This document shows, one piece after another, positions 39,220 to 50,762 of a stretch of DNA of 64,000 nt. The notes beneath the pieces are model-generated. The model did no database searches. It had not been told where the DNA came from and saw nothing but the letters and a program-made list of their open reading frames with translations. Position numbers and translations under genes: made by a program. This DNA comes from Candidatus Poribacteria bacterium (GTDB taxonomy: Bacteria; Poribacteria; WGA-4E; GCA-2687025). Positions within the stretch are counted from its first letter, which is position 1. Each line of letters opens with the position of its first letter. The stretch covers positions 64,001 to 128,000 of the forward strand of contig OY762492.1 in assembly GCA_963665845.2 (NCBI GenBank), given 5' to 3'.

Positions 39220-41211
39220 ATGGAAAACTCCAAGGCGAACCAAGCGGAATCGCTGCGCAAAGAGCTGGCGGGGCGAGAGCGTTACTCCTTTTCGCGCGGC
39301 TGGTGGGTTTGGGACCGCCTGCGCTATCGTTATGTGGAGGGCGGACGAAAAGACAGCGCCGCCTTTCAACAGCTGGAGGCGGCTTTCCGCGCGCTCATTC
39401 TGGACTGGCATGAGAAGCTGGAAGCGAAGGGCGAAGGCGGGCATATGTATCTCTACTTCACGACGCGAACGGGAACGCGCCGCGAAGAGATCATCGACCA
39501 GGACGGGCGCATTCTCCGCCGAGACCTCCACGGCGGCGGATACCATGGCGGATGGGGCGGCGCCGCCCGCATGCGCGTCTATGAAGAGCTGGCGAACCAG
39601 GGCGCGCTATCCGACAGCGACCAAGAGCGGTTTCGTCGGCTTGTTCATCAAAGCATGGAGAAGCGGTTTATCGACTTTAAAGCGAAAACGCAATCCGCCA
39701 ACAACCACTCTTACGGCAACGCGGGCGGCGTCGCTTTGGCGCTCAAGCTGTTTCCGGACGCGCCTCAAGCGGAGGAAGCGGAAGCATGGATCCACCGCAT
39801 ATGGCGGCATCTGTCCGATTTCGGCGACTGGAAAGAATGGAATTACTACCCGTACGGTCCCATCTTCCTGCATGGCATGCTGGACATCGCCGAAGCGGCG
39901 GGGCGCATCGACTCCGACCGCGCGCTGATTCAGACGATCGGCGATCGGTGCCTCGGATTTGTGCGGGCGGGCGTTCGCGGCAATCCGAATTGCGGTTCGC
40001 CGACTCGAAAAGAGCTGCCCGCCGTTTACGAGGACCCTTGGAATGTCGGGTATTACGAGGTGGAGACCTCCGCGCGGGATGCGCATTTTTGGCGGCGCAT
40101 GGCGCGTCATTTTGAAAAGCCTGAATATCTTTGGGCGGCGGAGCAGGTTTCGTTGGGCGGGCGTCCGCCTGACAGAGACGCGCCGCGCGATTATGAAGCC
40201 GCCTACAGACGCGCTTTTGGATGGTTCGCCGACCGCGGAATACATCCGCGCGCTCCTTCCGGAGAAGCCAGCGTCGGCATGCTCAGCCCTGGAAAGCATA
40301 ACATACCGGAGCGGCTTTATTTGAGCTCTAGCCGGGAGCCGGGCGCGTCCTTCGCCTCCTTTTTTCTTTATGACAAAAAAGAGGCGCATCTGGACAATCT
40401 AGGCGGCTTTTTATATGAGTACGCCGCAAACGGCGCCAAGTTTCTCCACTGCTCCGGCAAGTATAACAACGTCTATTCAGGCGATGTTCTGCGCGGCGGC
40501 GGGGCGGGCGAATCGAGTCTCGACCTGCTGGTTGCCGTCCACAAGCGGCATGCGTTTCCGCATCACCCAAACCGCAAAGGCGATGAGCGCGATCCGATGC
40601 GCATGGGGCAGATTCAGCTGGACGCCGATTCCCCCATAGCAGAAAACAACGCAGACGGCGACGCCTACGGGCATTTCACATTTCACCGCTACTACGGCGC
40701 CGACAGCCGATGGACGCGCCGCGCGATGCTCACAACGGAAGGCGTACTCATCATCGCGGACGAGTACGTCCCGGGCGCCTCGCTTGGAGAAGCGTATCAG
40801 GCGGGACCGGTATGGCATCTCGCGGCGGAAGAAGGCATGAGAACAGGCGCGCAGGAAGCGAACTGGTTCTCCGCGCCGGCGCTGGATCATGCCTGGTGGC
40901 AGAACGCGCCTCAACGGGTCGCGCTCTATTTTCATCCGGACGCGGGCAACCGGTACGGCTCCGTTCAGCAGACCGTTTCTCAAGACATCGGCGGCCGAAA
41001 TACCGCTGTCTTCGCCTACCGCCCTGTGAGCGCTGAAGAAACGGCGCGCTTTTTGAGCGTCTTCGTTCCGTTCGGCGCGGATGCGTCGGATGAAGAAACC
41101 GCCGCGCAGATTAAAACCTCGCTGTCCGAATCGGGCGACTATGCGGTTGAGATTGGGAATATCGCAGCGCGGATGGAGGCGGGAGGCGGCTGGTCGGTTC
41201 TCCGTAAATAG
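39220..41211 (+). CDS. Hypothetical protein, possibly polysaccharide-lyase/heparinase-like architecture
   Basis: About 663 aa, GGAGG RBS; helical N-half with ANNH and Y/W clusters, beta-rich C-half with AHLDN; family assignment weak. Confidence 0.5.
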   Translation: MENSKANQAESLRKELAGRERYSFSRGWWVWDRLRYRYVEGGRKDSAAFQQLEAAFRALILDWHEKLEAKGEGGHMYLYFTTRTGTRREEIIDQDGRILRRDLHGGGYHGGWGGAARMRVYEELANQGALSDSDQERFRRLVHQSMEKRFIDFKAKTQSANNHSYGNAGGVALALKLFPDAPQAEEAEAWIHRIWRHLSDFGDWKEWNYYPYGPIFLHGMLDIAEAAGRIDSDRALIQTIGDRCLGFVRAGVRGNPNCGSPTRKELPAVYEDPWNVGYYEVETSARDAHFWRRMARHFEKPEYLWAAEQVSLGGRPPDRDAPRDYEAAYRRAFGWFADRGIHPRAPSGEASVGMLSPGKHNIPERLYLSSSREPGASFASFFLYDKKEAHLDNLGGFLYEYAANGAKFLHCSGKYNNVYSGDVLRGGGAGESSLDLLVAVHKRHAFPHHPNRKGDERDPMRMGQIQLDADSPIAENNADGDAYGHFTFHRYYGADSRWTRRAMLTTEGVLIIADEYVPGASLGEAYQAGPVWHLAAEEGMRTGAQEANWFSAPALDHAWWQNAPQRVALYFHPDAGNRYGSVQQTVSQDIGGRNTAVFAYRPVSAEETARFLSVFVPFGADASDEETAAQIKTSLSESGDYAVEIGNIAARMEAGGGWSVLRK

Positions 41212-41379
41212 GACTGCATTTGCAGTTAAGTTTGGGCAGCTTTGACGGTGAATGCGGACAATGTCTGACGGACTCTGGATTCCCGCGCGTTAACCGCAAG
41301 GGCGGGAGCGTCTGTGTTGAGTTTTTGCAGCCGCAGGGCTAATATATACGCGTCCTCGTCTTTTATTCGGAGCGCTTGA

Positions 41380-41724
41380 ATGACCCGATTTTCGTTTCAA
41401 CGCCGCGTTCGCACCCTTTCCTCTGAACAATACGCCATTTTCGACAACGAGGCGGATCTGCCGACCCAAGCGGTTGGGCAGGCGGACATCCATTACAGTA
41501 TGGACGCTTTTCGATTTTCGGCGTCGATTGTGCTGATGCAGGATGCGTTGGACGAGGAGAGCGTGGAGGAGCTGATTGCGGCGTTGGACGCCGCCGCTCT
41601 TGCCGCCTCCAACGGGGGCGCAGATCGGCATGTGGTCGTCTTTTTTGCCTCCGACAGCGCGGTGTACGATTTTGGAGACGAAGACAGCGAAGAGGAGTTC
41701 ACAGGAGAAATCCAGGTGGTATGA
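41380..41724 (+). CDS. Small acidic hypothetical protein
   Basis: 114 aa, GGAG RBS, fills the gap between neighbours. Confidence 0.6.
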   Translation: MTRFSFQRRVRTLSSEQYAIFDNEADLPTQAVGQADIHYSMDAFRFSASIVLMQDALDEESVEELIAALDAAALAASNGGADRHVVVFFASDSAVYDFGDEDSEEEFTGEIQVV

Positions 41725-41771
41725 TCATCTTCGCGCCGCGCTCAATTCAACTTCAAGATGGAGAAACAACC

Positions 41772-42530
41772 ATGAAAATACTGATCAGATCGCTGTGCGC
41801 CGCCGCGTTCGCCTATCTGCTGACCGCGCCGACAGCCGGGGCAGATATGGTGTTCTATCTGCCGATGGACGAAGGAGCGGGAGCGCCGCAGGACGTCTCC
41901 GGCAATAACAACCATGGAGCCTTTGAAGCCGAGCCGGACTGGATCGACGGACAATTCGGCAAGGCTCTCAGCTTCAAATCGCAAAAGTGGCTGAAGATAC
42001 CGGTGGGCGACCCTGACATCTTCATCAACCCGTTCACCGTCACGGTCTGGATCAATCCGCCCTTGGCGGGGAACACGTGGCAGCAGGTGGTGCGGTGCGG
42101 ACCTCACAACGGCTCCGGCCGTTACTCATGGTTCGTCAACAACGGCGGATTCATGTCCTGGCGCGGATTTGCCGGCGGCGGATGGAACGCATGGAGCACC
42201 ATGCCGGGCGGCGTCATCTCCGCGAACGAATGGACGCAGGTCGCGATCGTCAACACAGGCGACGAGTTTGTCAACTATGTCAACGGCAAAGAGGTGAATC
42301 GCAACGCCTTTGCCGCCGGCGACGGACAGACAACCTATGTCGGACTCGGCTGGGACGGCGTTTCGGGCGGCGAGTTTTATGACGGCGCGGTGGACGATGC
42401 CGCCGTCTTTGACGAAGCGCTCAGCGCCGACGACATCGCCAGGTTTGCGGACGGGACGGTCGGCGAAGCGTTGAGCGTCGATCCGCAGGGCAAGGCGGCC
42501 GTTTCCTGGGGCTTGTTGAAGTCTGAATAA
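41772..42530 (+). CDS. Secreted LamG-like jellyroll protein with Poribacteria-type C-terminal motif
   Basis: Signal peptide, YLPMDEG, GQFGKAL, FTVTVW, YVNGKEV, VDDAAVFDEALS, VDPQGKAAVSWGLLKSE. Confidence 0.85.
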   Translation: MKILIRSLCAAAFAYLLTAPTAGADMVFYLPMDEGAGAPQDVSGNNNHGAFEAEPDWIDGQFGKALSFKSQKWLKIPVGDPDIFINPFTVTVWINPPLAGNTWQQVVRCGPHNGSGRYSWFVNNGGFMSWRGFAGGGWNAWSTMPGGVISANEWTQVAIVNTGDEFVNYVNGKEVNRNAFAAGDGQTTYVGLGWDGVSGGEFYDGAVDDAAVFDEALSADDIARFADGTVGEALSVDPQGKAAVSWGLLKSE

Positions 42531-42543
42531 AGGCGCCTTTTAA

Positions 42544-42812
42544 GATTCCCGCTTGCGCGGGAATGACGACGAGAAGCGGCGCGCCGCGTCCGATTCCCCC
42601 CTTGAAAAGGGGGGCTAGGGGGGTTTGAGCGCGCGGGTTGCGCTGGGTTTTGAACTAGGATGGAAGGATGATTAAGATTGCCAAGATAGTTGTCATTCGG
42701 GAATCCTCTTGGCAATCTTTTCCATCTTGGCAATCCTAGTTCAGACGACAACCGCGGCGCCGGCTAAGATTCCCGCTTGCGCGGGAATGACGAGAAGGGC
42801 CGCGGGAATGAC
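42544..42812. repeat. Mosaic of palindromic repeat families
   Basis: GATTCCCGCTTGCGCGGGAATGAC x2, CCCCCCTTGAAAAGGGGGG, and a nested IR element TGAACTAGGA..TCCTAGTTCA (42651-42743). Confidence 0.75.
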
Positions 42813-42832
42813 GCAGAGCGGCGGCTTCGCAT

Positions 42833-44206
<1,374 letters not shown>

Positions 44207-44274
44207 GTCTCTCCATTGCTTTCGCCGCCGAATCGTCGTATGATGCGCTCATCCTACAACGGGGAGCCGGCGCC

Positions 44275-44952
44275 ATGGGTCGTTCATTATACAATTATCC
44301 GTCGGATCGGTTTCTTTACAACATCGTTCATCGTTGGGTGTCGATTCCGCTGAACTTGCTGTCGCGCGCGGTTTGCTACGATCTTCACCGCATGCCGATG
44401 GAGGGTCGGCTGCTGGTTGCGGCAAATCACACCAGTTACCTTGACCCGATTTATCTGGGGGCGTTTCTTCCGCGCGAGGTGAATTTTATGGCGAAGCATA
44501 CGTTGTTTGCGCGTCCGTTCGGCTCTTTTTTGCGCGGGGTCGGGGCGTATCCGATCAACCGGGAGAAGGCGGATATATCGGCGCTGCGCCATTCGCTTCG
44601 GCTGTTAAAAAATGAGCAGGCGATTGTCATGTTTCCAGAGGGGACGCGCGCCGGGGAGGAGGAGATTCTGGAGGCGCAGCGCGGGATCGGCTATCTGGCG
44701 GCGCGCTGCGAAACGCCTGTTCTGCCGGTCTATTTGAACGGCGCCTCGGACGTATGGGGGAAGGGCCGAAGCGGGATCCGCCGCTCTCATGTGAGCCTCC
44801 ATATCGGCAACCCGCTGCATTTTGACAAGGACACCGACCATGTGGATGCGGCGAACGCGACCCTAGAAGCGATTGACGGAATGCGCCTTGCGGCGCAGAA
44901 CGGGCAGTTTGCCGGCAGCCCGACTCCGCTCGGCGCGCCCTTAAAAATTTGA
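44275..44952 (+). CDS. plsC: 1-acyl-sn-glycerol-3-phosphate acyltransferase
   Basis: NHTSYLD, FMAK, FPEGTR. Confidence 0.9.
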   Translation: MGRSLYNYPSDRFLYNIVHRWVSIPLNLLSRAVCYDLHRMPMEGRLLVAANHTSYLDPIYLGAFLPREVNFMAKHTLFARPFGSFLRGVGAYPINREKADISALRHSLRLLKNEQAIVMFPEGTRAGEEEILEAQRGIGYLAARCETPVLPVYLNGASDVWGKGRSGIRRSHVSLHIGNPLHFDKDTDHVDAANATLEAIDGMRLAAQNGQFAGSPTPLGAPLKI

Positions 44953-45207
44953 GAATCGTCTTGCAAGCCCCGCGTTTTGTACTCATGAGCCGTAAGAAAA
45001 CGCAAAATGGACCTCCTGACGAGATCGGCGGGGTTGATTTTCATTGCGAAACGGCGCATGGTTTGCTATCCTTTATGGCATGGTTCAACCGCCGAGACGG
45101 CATCAGCGAGTGACGGACAACATCAGTGAATGTTCAATCAACCCAAGACCGCGCATCGCATTTGACCAACATCCCCTGCAATCGAACGCTCATCACGGAA
45201 GATTCGT

Positions 45208-48051
45208 ATGTCGAACTGGTACTCACAGGATTTATTCTTTCTTCAAAAAACTTTAGACACCAATCTTAAGACAGGATTAACGCCCACGGAGGCGCAGCGC
45301 CGGCGCGGCGAGTCGGCAGCGAACGACGATCTAATTTTCTGGCGCCCGACGCCGTTTTTCAAAGCGGTCGCGGAGCAGGCGTCCAATGCGCGCAGCCTCG
45401 CGCTTCTGATTCTTGGGGTCGCGGGGCTTTTGTACGGGCTGTCGCAGAGCGCGGCGCTCTATATCGGCGGCGCGGTTCTCGGTTTGACGATCCTTGAGAT
45501 CGGAATGCGGACGGCGCAGCAGATCATCTTAGAAAATCATCTGAGCTGGATTGAGCGGGGCAGTTACCGAACGGCGCGCGCCATGCGGGGCGGTCAAACG
45601 GCGGAGTGCTTCCCGAACGAGATCGTCCCCGGCGATGTGATCCATCTTCAGGCGGGCGACTATGTGCCGGCCGACGCCCGCGTCTTTGAGTCGAATCGGC
45701 TGCGGGTCAACGAGTTTCCGCTGACCGGCTTCTCGGATATGCAAGAGAAGCAGATTGAGCCGCTTGAAAGCGGCGTCAGCCCGTCGCGCCATTCCGACCA
45801 GACCAACATGGTTTTTGCGGGAACCTTTGTGCATGCCGGCTCCGGGAAAGCGGCGGTGGTCGCCACCGGCGCCGATCGGGCTATCTGTAAAAAATACGCC
45901 CGTCAGACGATTCAGCTGCCGAAATCGGAATCCAGCGCGCGCCTTGAGCGGATCGCGCCGTATTTGACTTGGACGGGCGGCATCGGCGGCGTCGTCTTGA
46001 TGTTCGCGCTTATAGCGCTGGGTACCGATGTTTTGACCGCGGCGGCGGCGGGGGCGGCTCTATTCGCCGCGGCGGCTCCTGGGTATGGAGCCATCGCCTC
46101 GGCGATCGTCTTCACGCAGGGCATGCGCCAGCTGCGGTCAATGGACGACGCATGGACGATTGTGCAAAAGCCGGAAGCTTTAGAAAAAATGAGCGGAGCC
46201 ACCGCGCTCTGTTTCGACCCGAAGGGCGTCTTGACCTACGACAAGATGTCGCCTCAACAAGTTCTGGTCGACGGACAGATTTACGATATAGAGGCGATAC
46301 GGCAGATGTTCCAAGAGGAGCAGGACGCCGAAGAAGCGCCGCTTGACGACCCCGCTCCGGCTCCGGCGGCGGAGCCTAATGAAGAAGAAGAGGAGCCGAC
46401 CGGCAAAGAGGCGGACATATCTGACCAAGAGGAAGAGGCGCCGACATACGAAAAGCCGCAGGACATGTACATGCTGCTGCTCGCCGCCTCGTTGTGCGCG
46501 AAGCATTCCGCTCCCGGCGAGGAGGGGGTCGCCGGCGTTGACCCGCTCACGTTAGAGGCGCTGTATGAGCTGAACGATATTGTCGGACTTCCAATAGACC
46601 GTTACGACAAGAGCCTCGTCAAAAAACGGGAGACGCCTTACAACTCGGAGACGAAATGGCAGCGCGTCGTCTTTGAAAAGCCGGACGGCAAATATGTGGA
46701 GTTCATCATCGGACGAAGCCCGCAGCTGATTGAGCTGTGCCGGCTGACGCGGATGCATGGCGAGGTGGTCGTTCTCCCGACGGGGCAGCGGGAGTATCTG
46801 CAGGGCGTGAACCATTATTTCCAGTCCGATTACATGCAGACCTTGACGGTCGCCTACCGCGACATCAACGACTTAGATGAGATGGCGGACGCGCCCGAAC
46901 GGATGAACCAGAACATCATCTTTTTAGGGATGCTCTGTTTTCACAACGAGCCGCGCGAGGATATTCAAAAGGTGATCCAACGCTGCCGCGACGACGGGCT
47001 TCGGCTCATGGTCATGTCGGACGGGGAGATCTCGCATGTGGAGAGCATGGCGCGCCACGCGGGGCTGCTTAGCAATTCGCAGCAGTCGCTGTCGGGCGAG
47101 GCGATTCAGCGGATGGAGGATGAGGAGCTGATGCTTCGCCTGGACGACGCGGTGGTGTGCGCGCAGATGCCGAGCGAACAGAAGGCGCGCGTGATACAGA
47201 TGCTGCAGCAGAAAGATCAGCGGGTCGCGTTCCTCGGTTCTCAGCTGGCGGACATACCGGCGATGGAAGCGGCGGACATCGGCTTGGCGCCGTATGACGG
47301 AAGCGCGGACGCGCTGGCGCATGAAGCGGGCGCGCTGACGCTGGATTCCAGTTTAGGCGGTCTCTACAACCTGCTGAAATTCGCCAAGAACGCCGGCAGG
47401 CGCGTCGCGTGGACGGCAAGCTGGACGCTCTCGGTTCATATCGGCCTCGCGGCGATGCTGATCGCGTCCTATGTTCTTTTTGAAATGGGCAAGCAGTGGA
47501 CGCTCCCGATAGAGGTACCGGAGCCGCTGTCGCTGGGGGCGATACTCTGGACGCAGCTGCTGGCTCTAGGATATCCGCTGACGGCGATGGCGCGGAGCGT
47601 CAATCTGACCCCCTCTAGACGCCGAATACTCGCCAATCAGCTGGATCAGCGGATACTGCAGTGGCGGTCGATCATATGGCAGGGGTTGAGTTTAGGCGTC
47701 ATAGGGTTTTTCATAGGGCTTCTGTTCTGCGAGTTTTCCGAAGCGTCTGACGCGCATAAGAGCGCGTTATACGGAGCTTTGCTGATCTTTTTATGCAGCG
47801 CGCTGGTCATGTTGACGCGCGGACTGGCGGGCATCGACACCTCCAGGATCGCGTTTTTCCGAGCAAACGGCGGGTTGCTGCTCGTATTCGCCTTCGCTGT
47901 CGCTGTCGCTGTCATTGCGATGACGACGCCGGCGTTAGGGTGGATTGATGGCAGCGCGCCTGGAGCGCGCGCCGGCGTCTCGTTTCCGTCAGAATGGTGG
48001 ATCGGCGCCATACTGGCAGCCGTGTCATGGTTCGCAACAACAATGGAATGA
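45208..48051 (+). CDS. P-type ATPase homolog (P2-like) with degenerate catalytic motifs
   Basis: GLT..EA..R, IVPGDVI.L.AGDYVPADAR, NMVFAGT retained; DKTGT, TGES, TGD and GDGxND replaced. Confidence 0.85.
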   Translation: MSNWYSQDLFFLQKTLDTNLKTGLTPTEAQRRRGESAANDDLIFWRPTPFFKAVAEQASNARSLALLILGVAGLLYGLSQSAALYIGGAVLGLTILEIGMRTAQQIILENHLSWIERGSYRTARAMRGGQTAECFPNEIVPGDVIHLQAGDYVPADARVFESNRLRVNEFPLTGFSDMQEKQIEPLESGVSPSRHSDQTNMVFAGTFVHAGSGKAAVVATGADRAICKKYARQTIQLPKSESSARLERIAPYLTWTGGIGGVVLMFALIALGTDVLTAAAAGAALFAAAAPGYGAIASAIVFTQGMRQLRSMDDAWTIVQKPEALEKMSGATALCFDPKGVLTYDKMSPQQVLVDGQIYDIEAIRQMFQEEQDAEEAPLDDPAPAPAAEPNEEEEEPTGKEADISDQEEEAPTYEKPQDMYMLLLAASLCAKHSAPGEEGVAGVDPLTLEALYELNDIVGLPIDRYDKSLVKKRETPYNSETKWQRVVFEKPDGKYVEFIIGRSPQLIELCRLTRMHGEVVVLPTGQREYLQGVNHYFQSDYMQTLTVAYRDINDLDEMADAPERMNQNIIFLGMLCFHNEPREDIQKVIQRCRDDGLRLMVMSDGEISHVESMARHAGLLSNSQQSLSGEAIQRMEDEELMLRLDDAVVCAQMPSEQKARVIQMLQQKDQRVAFLGSQLADIPAMEAADIGLAPYDGSADALAHEAGALTLDSSLGGLYNLLKFAKNAGRRVAWTASWTLSVHIGLAAMLIASYVLFEMGKQWTLPIEVPEPLSLGAILWTQLLALGYPLTAMARSVNLTPSRRRILANQLDQRILQWRSIIWQGLSLGVIGFFIGLLFCEFSEASDAHKSALYGALLIFLCSALVMLTRGLAGIDTSRIAFFRANGGLLLVFAFAVAVAVIAMTTPALGWIDGSAPGARAGVSFPSEWWIGAILAAVSWFATTME

Positions 48052-49379
48052 AAACGATGGCAAGAACATCGCCCCGCCTCCGCATACGTCTTAATTGGAA
48101 GCGCGCTCTCGGCTGTTTTGCCGCTCTCATGCTGGCGGCGGGGCTGATCGTCGGATGGGCGTCAGCTCTCCCGCGCGCCGACTCGCCAGAAGAGGTCGGC
48201 ATGTCGTCGGAACGGCTGCAGCGGCTCGACAAGGTCATGCGGCAGTATGTGGACAATCAACGTCTCGCGGGAGCCGTAACGCTCATCGCGCGGCGCGGAA
48301 AGATCGCCCATCTCGGCGTGTACGGCATGGCGAACCGCGAAACGAAACAGCCCATGCAGAGCGGTACGCTTTTCCGCATCGCCTCCATGACGAAACCGAT
48401 TACGAGCGCCGCCGCCATGATGCTCTATGAAGAGGGGAAGTTTCGCCTTGATCAGCCTGTTGAACAGCTGCTGCCGGAATTCAAGGACGCGCGGGTCGTC
48501 AAGGAAAACGCGGACGGCGGCGGGGACGAAGCGTTTGAAGAGCCGATACGAAAAATGACGATACGGCATCTGTTGACGCACACGTCAGGGCTGACCTACG
48601 GAGGCGGGCCGGCGGCGCCCTATTACCGCGGCAAGCGACTCAATCCTGGCTTCAGGCTCGCGGACATCACGCTGGCGGAGATGAGCGAGGAGCTGGGGAA
48701 AGTCCCGCTGGCGTTCCACCCCGGCGACCGATGGCAGTACGGTTATTCAACCGATGTGCTGGGTCGCGCGGTGGAGGTTGCGTCGGGGATGACGCTGGCG
48801 CAGTTTTTTGAGGAGCGCATCTTCAAGCCGCTCCAGATGAACGACACCGCCTTTTTCTATCCGAAGGAGGCGAAGGAGCGGTTTGCGGTCGTCTACTCGC
48901 CGGACGCGGAGGTCGGCTTGAAGCCGCATCCGAGAATAACGCAGTTCGGCTGGCGCTCCGTCGCGTATCCGTATGAGGGACCGCAGAAAACCTACTGCGG
49001 CGGAAGCGGACTCAGTTCGACGGCGGTCGACTATGCGCGGTTTTGCCAGATGATCCTGAACGGCGGAGAGCTGGACGGCGTCCGGCTGCTTAGCCCAACG
49101 ACGGTGGAGATGATGTCGCGGGACAACCTGAAGGCGGGGGTGGAGTTTCGCAGCGGGCAGCGGTTCGGGCTGGGGTTCATGACGCATACGAACCCGACAG
49201 CGTCGCGCTCCGTAACCTCCGCGGGGACGATACGATGGAGCGGCATCTGGCATACCGCCTTTTTCATCGACCCGCAGCAGGAACTGATCGGAATCATCAT
49301 GACGCAGCTGTATCCGACTGGGTGGCTGGACGACCAGAAGAAGTTTGAGATGATGACGTATCAGGCGATTTTGGATTGA
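48048..49379 (+). CDS. Serine hydrolase, beta-lactamase class C-like
   Basis: FRIASMTK (SxxK), LLTHTSG, PG.RWQYG. Confidence 0.9.
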   Translation: MKTMARTSPRLRIRLNWKRALGCFAALMLAAGLIVGWASALPRADSPEEVGMSSERLQRLDKVMRQYVDNQRLAGAVTLIARRGKIAHLGVYGMANRETKQPMQSGTLFRIASMTKPITSAAAMMLYEEGKFRLDQPVEQLLPEFKDARVVKENADGGGDEAFEEPIRKMTIRHLLTHTSGLTYGGGPAAPYYRGKRLNPGFRLADITLAEMSEELGKVPLAFHPGDRWQYGYSTDVLGRAVEVASGMTLAQFFEERIFKPLQMNDTAFFYPKEAKERFAVVYSPDAEVGLKPHPRITQFGWRSVAYPYEGPQKTYCGGSGLSSTAVDYARFCQMILNGGELDGVRLLSPTTVEMMSRDNLKAGVEFRSGQRFGLGFMTHTNPTASRSVTSAGTIRWSGIWHTAFFIDPQQELIGIIMTQLYPTGWLDDQKKFEMMTYQAILD

Positions 49380-50762
49380 TCAGGGGCCGAAAATATCTTT
49401 TAGCGATTCTTCAGGCTCTTCAGCTTGAACAGGGGCTGGTTCTGGTTTTATGGGCCCGCTTCGTTGGATGGTGAGTTTGCGTTCCCATTCTAGATCCTCA
49501 AAGCGATCTAAAAAAGGGCATTCTTTTTCGATGGCGCTGAAATAGACCCACCGCTCCGCGCGCGTGATGCCGAGAAACAGCTCCTCCTGCGAGACGCTGT
49601 CAGATCCCAACAAGGGCATGCGGTTTTCGCTTTCTAAGCCTGGCATCAACACAGTGTCGAAGGTCAAGCTTTTGGCTTTTTCACATGCCATGGCTTTGGG
49701 GCGTCCATTGTTGAAGTCGATCTCTTTTTCGTTGTCTATTTCGTCAACCATTAGTCCGGCATTCTTTAAACCTTCGATATAAATTTGTTTGTCAAATAAG
49801 CGCGTAAACAGAATTGCCACGCGGTCGCCGTTACCAATACAGGAGCGGGCAACTTCCGCCAAGCGGTTGATTTCATCGTTATCGTCTTGCGCAAGGTAAA
49901 GCAGAGGGCGTTGGCGTTCACCCTTCTCGATGACAGGATACTGGGTCAAAAAGGCGGCGCGTTCCAGCTCTTGCCCGACAAACGCCGCCGCAACAGGGGC
50001 AATATGCGCGGGGCCTCCGTAGATATCCAACAGATTTACGTTGGGCCGTCGCAGTTCCAATTCTGAAAGAATCTCCTTTTCGCCGGCTCCTCTGCTGGAC
50101 GCTTGCTGCTTGCTGTCCATAAAAGTAGTGACATGCATGGAGGCGGTTTTCAGGACTCCGTAGGCGGATTTACCAACGTCCTGTCCATCGTCCACCAGAA
50201 TAAAATCGTAAAGAAATTTTGATTTTGTCATCAACTTTGTCATGTTCAAAGCGATTTTAGAGATTGCAAAATTGTTTTTCCTTTCAAGGCGGTTCGCCAT
50301 CTTGCGATCATAGAATTGATCGATCCACTTATCGAAATTTAAGCTGTTTCGAAGGAACTTGAGATCATCCTTATCCAGAAGGCCCAACTTTTTGCCCCAT
50401 ACGTCAAAGGCGGCTGAAAATGTTTCGACGAAGCTCTCGCGCGCCTTGCTTTTCATTTCTTGAAGATAAGATTTACGCAACTTTCGGTACCAATCGCCAA
50501 GGGTCGTTACGCAGTCGGAGGGTATGTCCATTTCTTTCAAAGCGGGGCGAAGATATTCCTTTTGAGCGTTGGAGGAAACGAAAATGCGGTACTTTCCGAT
50601 GGGAACGGGATAATTGTCCATGAGATGGCGGGCGCGGTACAGCAAAACATTTGTCTTTCCGGAACGCGGAGACCCGACAACCGCGCGGTGCCGCTCTATG
50701 TCCATCTCAATCGCGCGGACTTGATCCACCGTCAATTTGCTGCGCGGGACAAGCCAGTTCAT
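49380..50762 (-). CDS. SF1 (UvrD-like) helicase-fold protein, degenerate motifs
   Basis: GSPRSGKT, VDDGQD, AKSLTFDTV, LFLGITRA. Confidence 0.75.
   Translation of the reverse strand: MNWLVPRSKLTVDQVRAIEMDIERHRAVVGSPRSGKTNVLLYRARHLMDNYPVPIGKYRIFVSSNAQKEYLRPALKEMDIPSDCVTTLGDWYRKLRKSYLQEMKSKARESFVETFSAAFDVWGKKLGLLDKDDLKFLRNSLNFDKWIDQFYDRKMANRLERKNNFAISKIALNMTKLMTKSKFLYDFILVDDGQDVGKSAYGVLKTASMHVTTFMDSKQQASSRGAGEKEILSELELRRPNVNLLDIYGGPAHIAPVAAAFVGQELERAAFLTQYPVIEKGERQRPLLYLAQDDNDEINRLAEVARSCIGNGDRVAILFTRLFDKQIYIEGLKNAGLMVDEIDNEKEIDFNNGRPKAMACEKAKSLTFDTVLMPGLESENRMPLLGSDSVSQEELFLGITRAERWVYFSAIEKECPFLDRFEDLEWERKLTIQRSGPIKPEPAPVQAEEPEESLKDIFGP

Noticed and set aside
45075-45207. yybP-ykoY or Mg2+ riboswitch before the P-type ATPase homolog
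   Set aside because: The conserved GGGGAGTA-type core is not visible; an Rfam scan would be needed
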